Made by a program: the position numbers and the translations under genes. Shown here piece by piece: positions 1 through 9,500 of a stretch of 17,713 bases of DNA; position 1 is the first letter of the stretch, and the number at the start of each line of letters is the position of its first letter. The notes beneath the pieces were generated by a model, which saw only the letters and a list, made by a program, of their open reading frames with translations, was not told where the DNA came from and searched no databases. Source of the DNA: Tubiluchus corallicola (Eukaryota; Animalia; Priapulida); NCBI GenBank assembly GCA_030141605.1, contig JAQGDQ010002017.1:1-17713 (forward strand), written 5' to 3'.

Positions 1-847
1 GGCATCATGGGTGCAATAATTGTGATTCTGTCACTGTGGGTGTGTAAATCACACGAATTTTTGCTTATTAAAAGGCATTATCATGTAGAACTGACCGCTT
101 AGACTATCTGGACTTTTGTCATTCCTGTTTTATTTTTGGAATTTCATTTTTTGTAAGACACGTCAGTACAAAGTGAGAACTTCCAAACTGTGGGAGTTTG
201 GAAATTGTACCCAACCACATCAACCTTTGTTTTGAGGTACATACAGTGTGTGCCTAAAAGGACGCACGTAACTGTACAATTATGTTATCCCGGTTCTTTT
301 GCCTCTTCATGGGTGCCAGGGGAATCTACTGCAGTATTACTTGCTATTATCCTATCTTGCTTTGAGTGTTCATTAGTACCTCGTAGTCATTTTTTGCAGC
401 CTGTATGTTCAGCTTGTTGTGTGCAAGTTTGCTGTGTCGAACAGCTTTTAGCACAATTTCCTGCTGTTTTTAATGTAGTTATAATTTTTGTTTCATTTTT
501 GTTGATCCAGTTGTATTTTGTGAATGTATACATTGTATTTGAAAAAGCTTTTATTATTTGCATAATTAATGAGTGTAAAACTAGTAATCTAGGTGTAGGT
601 TATGCTAAAGCTGTATGTTATAATTAGAAAGTTAATTAATATTATTGTTTGCCTCGCTAGAAAATGTTTGGGGCCTGATACTGGACTGGAAGATTTCACA
701 CTGTACATTTGGTATTAGTAGGATCTGTTTTTCTTGGTTGGGTTTTACTTGAAAACACGTGCTCAGAATGAGATAATCACATACAATCATCTAGCACCTT
801 TAATCGTTTTACTTCAATGCAATCACTGTAATATTATCATGTCAACT

Positions 848-1380
848 GGTTGGCATCCTTCTGTCTCGGAAGACAATGGAGTGTGCGCCAAGAGAGTCAG
901 TTATTGATCACATTGATGGAGCTGCAGCGTCGACTGTGGCTGAGCAGTCCGATCCTTGAACGTCTCCAGGGCGCACGCCTGGGCAAGGTGTATGGAGATC
1001 CTGAGTTGCCCAGACAACAGGAACCCCCTCTCTTCCTCCCTGGTGTAGTCCAAAGGAAAGCAGAGCGATACGTTTGGCACCAGGTTGGCTGCAGGAGCTG
1101 CCGGAGTCAGTGAGCATGCTGCACTGGTCTGCCTTCGGGGCTCCACTCCTGATTTGGAAGGTTTACTCCTCTACACATGGCCGTTGGGTCACTTGACCTC
1201 CTCCGCCCTCTAGCCGTTGGCTGCTTGTGCAGCTCCTCCGCCTAGTGTCCAGATACAGTGTGGGCATCCCGCAAGCCTACAGCACCTGGTATTCCTAGGC
1301 GGTCACCCATCCAAGTACTAACCAGGCTCTACGTTGCTTAACTTCGGTGATCAGACGAGAACCAGTGTTTTCAACGTGAT
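848..1380 (-). mobile_element. 5S rRNA-derived SINE (SINE3 type), 533 bp, probable RTE-clade LINE-derived body/tail
   Basis: A 5S head (1273-1380) is fused without an oligo-T terminator to a GC-rich body. The body ends in the stem-loop TGTCT-TCCG-AGACA (862-875) followed by GAAGGATGCCAACC. The element is flanked by the direct repeat TCAACT (842-847 and 1381-1386). The RTE assignment is from recollection of similar tails, not from a search. Confidence 0.8.
1273..1380 (-). pseudogene. 5S rRNA-like segment (about nt 13-120 of 5S), head of the SINE
   Basis: Reverse complement ATCACGTTGAAAACACTGGTTCTCGTCTGATCACCGAAGTTAAGCAACGTAGAGCCTGGTTAGTACTTGGATGGGTGACCGCCTAGGAATACCAGGTGCTGTAGGCTT is an invertebrate-type 5S with box A/IE/box C. 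The first ~12 nt are missing and it ends GCTTGCGG rather than in a T run. Confidence 0.93.
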
Positions 1381-1644
1381 TCAACTACGACAATGATATA
1401 ATGTGTCTATGGACAATGGGAAGGCATGAACTGGCATGGAAAACTTCAGCTAGACTGTTGCCTCTAATTACCAGGTAACTGCACAGTTACACTTGCTGCG
1501 TAGTACTTTCGAATCAGGTGTTAAAATGGCTTAATCATAAATCACCATTCAACTACCACAGTAGCAGGCGACGCTTAACTTCATAAAGCCGATTCTGAGG
1601 TAAAAAGACAGTCTGTGCACTATACCATTAACTATTGTGAAGTA

Positions 1645-2129
1645 CAGTGTTCCCTCGCTACTTCGCGGTTCGTTTATCGCGGACTCGCTGTTTCGCGGGT
1701 TTTCAAAAATATTAATGTAAAATATTTATCGCGGTATTTTCGCTGTTTCGCGGGTTTTTGCAGTACTCCGTCTAAAGTACTTTTGCACATGCGTAGTACG
1801 TATTGTACAGTAATGTATAGATTTGATGAATTTTGTATAAAAAGTAAAATATATAAAAATATATTACAAATATTAATTCTAACACTAAAAGAATATTATA
1901 TATCATAAAAAATTACCATTTACAGGAAATAGTGTATTTATTCGGCAGATGAATACACACCAAAAAGGAAATGTAGTACTTGCGCCCGCTTGAGATGCTA
2001 CTTGTTGATGTGAGATTGTACACAACACACGATAACTACTAAAATAAGTATAGCGTCCCTGCTTCGCGGAAATTCACTTACCGCGGGTGAGCCTGGAACG
2101 GAACACCCGCGATAAGTGAGGGAACACTG
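1645..2129. mobile_element. Tc1/mariner (pogo/Tigger-like) MITE, 485 bp
   Basis: TIRs CAGTGTTCCCTC(G/A)CT, TA duplication at 1643-1644 and 2130-2131, repeated subterminal TCGCGG motifs, AT-rich non-coding core. Confidence 0.9.
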
Positions 2130-2570
2130 TATTTCATTTGTTCAGACTTTCTGGTATGGGTAGGATTTGAAAACCAGAAAACTCACAACTAATACTATAC
2201 AAACAACAGCTGCATTGTCCTTAAAAGATGAAAATGTTAGTTGTTCTTTTTAGATAAAGCTGATTTGCTTGACAAGTTTTTTTGGAGTATTTATCGCATT
2301 TTGTTGTCCTGATTATCCTTTAATCTGATAAGATTGGTAAATTTTAACTGCTTAGTTTACGGGAAAACGCGGATTTCAACAAAACATTTCAGTTTCTTGC
2401 TCTCCCATTAAACTTTAGTGTTTGGAAAATCCTTCTTAACCACATCCAATGCAAGTTTACCAGTCCAGGCATCGGGAACTTTTTGCTCGACATTCTTGTG
2501 GTGTAAAACGAATAACTTTGTTGCACAAAATTGCATGTCCGTGTGAAAATAAAATTTAATGTGGAAAACA

Positions 2571-2596
2571 TGTTTGTTTGTTTGTTTGTCTGTTTG
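2571..2596. repeat. short (TGTT)n microsatellite
   Basis: tgtttgtttgtttgtttgtctgtttg. Confidence 0.7.
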
Positions 2597-3476
2597 ATCA
2601 TTTACACGAACAATGAAGAAAATCAACAACAATGTTAAAGAAAATAAGTATAATTATATATTGTGTAAATAACTACACGTATATATGTGTGATAATCAAA
2701 TCCAGATTATACTCGACTCGCATGTTTTTGTTTGACATTAACTACAGTCAAGGACGACCCTCACAGGTTTCGCAAGTAGTATAAATAATATAAATTAGTG
2801 TGCACTTTCACTTAATGCTACCGTTCTACAAATGTTTATGCACCAGAAATTTGCAATTTAAAAAACCAACATGTTTTCACGTAAAGTGTAATCACATATG
2901 CATAGTCATCATGGATGAAGTTGATAGAAAAAGCAAAACTGCCGTTGAAAATGAAAATCCAACAAAATGCGCATTTCAGTGCTGACTATATTAAGACAAA
3001 ATACACGCGTTATCACATCACGATAAAAATATATGTACAACTGATTTAGGCCATCTCACATACTTCAGACACAGTGCTTAGTGGTTTTATGTTGTTATAC
3101 TACACAAGTATGATCTAAACCAAATATTAGTGCTACCTGAAGATAATGTATGTATGTATTTCTGGTTGGTCGGTGCCAGTGTTAAAAAATGGTTAACTAC
3201 GTGTACATAAATATGTATTGTTGCACTATGTAAAGGGTAAGTGAATGATACTTGTCCGGTTTCGGCAATAAAAATATCAGCGAATGATAATAGAGAGTCA
3301 GTGAATGATTGTCATACGAATCAAAGTTCAAGTTTTATCAGTGACCTAATTGTACATTTGAAGGAAGACCTCCAATGACTTTTTGCAGTTACAAGTAAGA
3401 AATACCCGCCACCTCTCGAATAATGTCAGATTTCATCACAACATGAACAAGATGCAAGTGGAATGCTGTAATTCAT

Positions 3477-3507
3477 CTATTTGTTTGACTGTAACGTGTT
3501 TGCTAAC
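3477..3507 (-). CDS. ARL1: ARL1 terminal coding exon 6 ([10 protein letters not shown])
   Basis: Strong acceptor ttctttctcttcttacag. The first G completes the split TG|G Trp codon, followed by 9 codons and TAG, which fits the expected ARL1 C-terminal helix length. Confidence 0.9.
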
Positions 3508-6500
3508 CTGTAAGAAGAGAAAGAAACAAGTAATAAAATCACGTTGCTAAAACTATCATAATACAACAACGAGAGAATCAATTGTGTGCTTGCATAAGCA
3601 AAATCGTTCATAAGTCGGCAATTAAACTTTTCTAGTTATTCACACATCCTGAATCACCATTTCATAAGAATCATTTTGATACCAAGTTCATTGCTCTACA
3701 TTATATCTAAGCTGAGATAATCAACATTGAAGTTCAGGTGCACCCTACGCACTGAAAAACATAATCTTGAGAAAATCACTGTTAAAGTCAGTCATTGTGT
3801 TTTGTCGCGTTTCTACAAAACACTTAGCAACCGTACGAAAGTGTCTTTACAGGAGCACATTGAAGACATGTTTAAATCCAGTAGAAACAGTACGAAAGTG
3901 TCTTTACAGGAGCACATTGAAGACATGTTTAAATCCAGTAGAAACAGTACGAAAGTGTCTTTACAAGAGCACACTGAAGACATGTTTAAATGCAGTAGAA
4001 ACCGTACGAAAGTGTCTTTACAAGAGCACATTGAAGACATGTTTAAATCCAGTAGAAACAGTACGAAAGTGTCTTTACAGGAGCACATTGAAGACATGTT
4101 TAAATCCAGTAGAAACAGTACGAAAGTGTCTTTACAAGAGCACACTGAAGACATGTTTAAATGCAGTAGAAACCGTACGAAAGTGTCTTTACAGGAGCAC
4201 ATTGAAGACATGTTTAAATCCAGTAGAAACAGTACGAAAGTGTCTTTACAAGAGCACATTGAAGACATGTTTAAATGCAGTAGAAACGTACGAAAGTGTC
4301 TTTACAAGAGCACATTGAAGACATGTTTAAATCCAGTAGAAACCGTACGAAAGTGTCTTTACAAGAGCACATTGAAGACATGTTTAAACCAGTAGAAACG
4401 TACGAAAGTGTCTTTACAGAGCAATTGAAGAATGTTTAAATGCAGTAGAAACAGTACGAAAGTGTCTTTACAAGAGCACATTGAAGACATGTTTAAATCC
4501 AGTAGAAACCGTACGAAAGTGTCTTTACAAGAGCACATTGAAGACATGTTTAAATGCAGTAGAAACAGTACGAAAGTGTCTTTACAAGAGCACATTGAAG
4601 ACATGTTTAAATGCAGTAGAAACCGTACGAAAGTGTCTTTACAAGAGCACATTGAAGACATGTTTAAATGCAGTAGAAACCGTACGAAAGTGTCTTTACA
4701 AGAGCACATTGAAGACATGTTTAAATCCAGTAGAAACCGTACGAAAGTGTCTTTACAGGAGCACATTGAAGACATGTTTAAATCCAGTAGAAACCGTACG
4801 AAAGTGTCTTTACAAGAGCACATTGAAGACATGTTTAAATCCAGTAGAAACCGTACGAAAGCGTCTTTACAAGAGCACATTGAAGACATGTTTAAATCCA
4901 GTAGAAACCGTACGAAAGTGTCTTTACAAGAGCACATTGAAGACATGTTTAAATGCAGTAGAAACAATACGAAAGTGTCTTTACAAGAGCACATTGAAGA
5001 CATGTTTAAATGCAGTAGAAACCATACGAAAGTGTCTTTACAAGAGCACATTGAAGACATGTTTAAATGCAGTAGAAACCGTACGAAAGTGTCTTTACAA
5101 GAGCACATTGAAGACATGTTTAAATCCAGTAGAAACCATACGAAAGTGTCTTTACAAGAGCACATTGAAGACACGTTTAAATGCAGTAGAAACCGTACGA
5201 AAGTGTCTTTACAAGAGCACATTGAAGACATGTTTAAATGCAGTAGAAACAATACGAAAGTGTCTTTACAAGAGCACATTGAAGACATGTTTAAATCCAG
5301 TAGAAACCGTATGAAAGTGTCTTTACAAGAGCACATTGAAGACATGTTTAAATCCAGTAGAAACCGTACGAAAGTGTCTTTACAAGAGCACATTGAAGAC
5401 ATGTTTAAATCCAGTAGAAACCGTACGAAAGTGTCTTTACAAGAGCACATTGAAGACATGTTTAAATGCAGTAGAAACCATACGAAAGTGTCTTTACAAG
5501 AGCACATTGAAGACATGTTTAAATCCAGTAGAAACCATACGAAAGTGTCTTTACAAGAGCACATTGAAGACATGTTTAAATGCAGTAGAAACCGTACGAA
5601 AGTGTCTTTACAAGAGCACACTGAAGACATGTTTAAATGCAGTAGAAACCGTACGAAAGTGTCTTTACAAGAGCACATTGAAGACATGTTTAAATGCAGT
5701 AGAAACCGTACGAAAGTGTCTTTACAAGAGCACATTGAAGACATGTTTAAATCCAGTAGAAACCGTACGAAAGTGTCTTTACAAGAGCACATTGAAGACA
5801 TGTTTAAATCCAGTAGAAACCGTACGAAAGCGTCTTTACAAGAGCACATTGAAGACATGTTTAAATCCAGTAGAAACCATACGAAAGTGTCTTTACAAGA
5901 GCACATTGAAGACATGTTTAAATGCAGTAGAAACCATACGAAAGTGTCTTTACAAGAGCACACTGAAGACATGTTTAAATGCAGTAGAAACCATACGAAA
6001 GTGTCTTTACAAGAGCACATTGAAGACATGTTTAAATGCAGTAGAAACCTTACGAAAGTGTCTTTACAAGAGCACACTGAAGACATGTTTAAATGCAGTA
6101 GAAACCATACGAAAGTGTCTTTACAAGAGCACATTGAAGACATGTTTAAATGCAGTAGAAACCGTACGAAAGTGTCTTTACAAGAGCACATTGAAGACAT
6201 GTTTAAATCCAGTAGAAACCGTACGAAAGTGTCTTTACAAGAGCACATTGAAGACATGTTTAAATGCAGTAGAAACCATACGAAAGTGTCTTTACAAGAG
6301 CACATTGAAGACATGTTTAAATGCAGTAGAAACCATACGAAAGTGTCTTTACAAGAGCACATTGAAGACATGTTTAAATGCAGTAGAAACCGTACGAAAG
6401 TGTCTTTACAAGAGCACACTGAAGACATGTTTAAATGCAGTAGAAACCATACGAAAGTGTCTTTACAAGAGCACACTGAAGACATGTTTAAATGCAGTAG

Positions 6501-9500
6501 AAACCGTACGAAAGTGTCTTTACAAGAGCACATTGAAGACATGTTTAAATGCAGTAGAAACCATACGAAAGTGTCTTTACAAGAGCACATTGAAGACATG
6601 TTTAAATGCAGTAGAAACCGTACGAAAGTGTCTTTACAAGAGCACATTGAAGACATGTTTAAATCCAGTAGAAACCGTACGAAAGTGTCTTTACAAGAGC
6701 ACATTGAAGACATGTTTAAATGCAGTAGAAACCATACGAAAGTGTCTTTACAAGAGCACATTGAAGACATGTTTAAATGTTTAAATCCAGTAGAAACCAT
6801 ACGAATGTCTTACAAGAGCACATTGAAGACATGTTTAAATGCAGTAGAAACCGTACGAAAGTGTCTTTACAAGAGCACACTGAACATGTTTAAATGCAGT
6901 AGAAACCATACGAAAGTGTCTTTACAAGAGCACATTGAAGACATGTTTAAATGCAGTAGAAACCATACGAAAGTGTCTTTACAAGAGCACACTGAAGACA
7001 TGTTTAAATGCAGTAGAAACCATACGAAAGTGTCTTTACAAGAGCACATTGAAGACATGTTTAAATGCAGTAGAAACCATACGAAAGTGTCTTTACAAGA
7101 GCACATTGAAGACATGTTTAAATCCAGTAGAAACCATACGAAAGTGTCTTTACAAGAGCACACTGAAGACATGTTTAAATCCAGTAGAAACCATACGAAA
7201 GTGTCTTTACAAGAGCACATTGAAGACATGTTTAAATGCAGTAGAAACCGTACGAAAGTGTCTTTACAAGAGCACATTGAAGACATGTTTAAATCCAGTA
7301 GAAACCGCACGAAAGCGTCTTTACAAGAGCACATTGAAGACATGTTTAAATCCAGTAGAAACCGTACGAAAGTGTCTTTACAAGAGCACATTGAAGACAT
7401 GTTTAAATGCAGTAGAAACCGTACGAAAGTGTCTTTACAAGAGCACACTGAAGACATGTTTAAATCCAGTAGAAACCGTACGAAAGTGTCTTTACAAGAG
7501 CACATTGAAGACATGTTTAAATGCAGTAGAAACCATACGAAAGTCTTTACAAGAGCACATTGAAGACATGTTTAAATGCAGTAGAAACCATACGAAAGTG
7601 TTTTACAAGAGCACACTGAAGACATGTTTAAATGCAGTAGAAACCATACGAAAGTGTCTTTACAAGAGCACATTGAAGACATGTTTAAATCCAGTAGAAA
7701 CCATACGAAAGTGTCTTTACAAGAGCACATTGAAGACATGTTTAAATGCAGTAGAAACCGTACGAAAGTGTCTTTACAAGAGCACACTGAAGACATGTTT
7801 AAATGCAGTAGAAACCGTACGAAAGTGTCTTTACAAGAGCACATTGAAGACATGTTTAAATGCAGTAGAAACCGTACGAAAGTGTCTTTACAAGAGCACA
7901 TTGAAGACATGTTTAAATCCAGTAGAAACCGCACGAAAGCGTCTTTACAAGAGCACATTGAAGACATGTTTAAATCCAGTAGAAACCGTACGAAAGCGTC
8001 TTTACAAGAGCACATTGAAGACATGTTTAAATGCAGTAGAAACCGTACGAAAGTGTCTTTACAAGAGCACACTGAAGACATGTTTAAATCCAGTAGAAAC
8101 CGTACGAAAGTGTCTTTACAAGAGCACATTGAAGACATGTTTAAATGCAGTAGAAACCATACGAAAGTGTCTTTACAAGAGCACACTGAAGACATGTTTA
8201 AATGCAGTAGAAACCATACGAAAGTGTCTTTACAAGAGCACATTGAAGACATGTTTAAATGCAGTAGAAACCATACGAAAGTGTCTTTACAAGAGCACAC
8301 TGAAGACATGTTTAAATGCAGTAGAAACCGTACGAAAGTGTCTTTACAAGAGCACATTGAAGACATGTTTAAATCTAGTAGAAACCGTACGAAAGCGTCT
8401 TTACAAGAGCACATTGAAGACATGCTTAAATGCAGTAGAAACCATACGAAAGTGTCTTTACAAGAGCACATTGAAGACATGTTTAAATCCAGTAGAAACA
8501 ATACGAAAGCGTCTTTACAAGAGCACATTGAAGACATGTTTAAATCCAGTAGAAACCGTACGAAAGTGTCTTTACAAGAGCACATTGAAGACATGTTTAA
8601 ATGCAGTAGAAACAATACGAAAGTGTCTTTACAAGAGCACACTGAAGACACGTTTAAATCCAGTAGAAACCGTACGAAAGTGTCTTTACAAGAGCACATT
8701 GAAGACATGTTTAAATCCAGTAGAAACCGTACGAAAGTGTCTTTACAAGAGCACATTGAAGACATGTTTAAATGCAGTAGAAACCGTACGAAAGTGTCTT
8801 TACAAGAGCACATTGAAGACATGTTTAAATGCAGTAGAAACCGTACGAAAGTGTCTTTACAAGAGCACATTGAAGACATGTTTAAATCCAGTAGAAACCG
8901 TACGAAAGTGTCTTTACAAGAGCACATTGAAGACATGTTTAAATCCAGTAGAAACCGTACGAAAGTGTCTTTACAAGAGCACATTGAAGACATGTTTAAA
9001 TCCAGTAGAAACCATACGAAAGTGTCTTTACAAGAGCACATTGAAGACATGTTTAAATCCAGTAGAAACCGTACGAAAGTGTCTTTACAAGAGCACATTG
9101 AAGACATGTTTAAATCCAGTAGAAACCGTACGAAAGTGTCTTTACAAGAGCACACTGAAGACATGTTTAAATGCAGTAGAAACCATACGAAAGTGTCTTT
9201 ACAAGAGCACATTGAAGACATGTTTAAATGCAGTAGAAACCGTACGAAAGTGTCTTTACAAGAGCACATTGAAGACATGTTTGAATCCAGTAGATGGCTC
9301 TTCCTGATGAAGATCTGGGCTTGTCAACAGAAAAAAACCTGAAGCAAAATGGCTGCTTCCACGAGCTACAATCGGCGTTTGAAAATACAAGATTTTTACA
9401 ATTGCAGTACTAGTTTTTAGACAGAAAAGTGGGAGCCGGGAAATAAAATTAAATTTTTGGTATTTTTTGGACATTTTCTTGATAATCTGATGCTAGAATA

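Noticed and set aside
1-102. Open frame GIMGAIIVILSLWVCK...ELTA* as the last exon of a convergent neighbouring gene
   Set aside because: It is short, truncated by the window edge, and I recognise no homology; it cannot be supported from this window.
190-627. 145-aa ORF
   Set aside because: Non-ATG start, T-rich UTR-like composition, and no recognisable motif.
850-1146. Three short overlapping ORFs
   Set aside because: Chance ORFs in the GC-rich SINE body with no recognisable domain.
1273-1380. Functional 5S rRNA gene
   Set aside because: It lacks the first ~12 nt needed for helix I and has no oligo-T terminator; it is a single copy inside TSD-flanked sequence.
3829-9294. CRISPR array
   Set aside because: Units are head-to-tail with no unique spacers, there are no cas genes, and the context is a eukaryotic intron.
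3829-9294. Tandem hammerhead ribozyme (retrozyme-like) satellite: some units have CTGAAGA...GAAA...GTC in the right order
   Set aside because: Most units read TTGAAGA, and I could not form stems I, II and III around the core. An Infernal or RNAmotif search would settle it.
3727-9342. Long repeat-protein ORFs (up to 1043 aa) as real genes
   Set aside because: They come from a stop-free 57-bp unit, are open in several frames on both strands, switch frames at indels, and lie within ARL1 intron 5 inside a TIR element.
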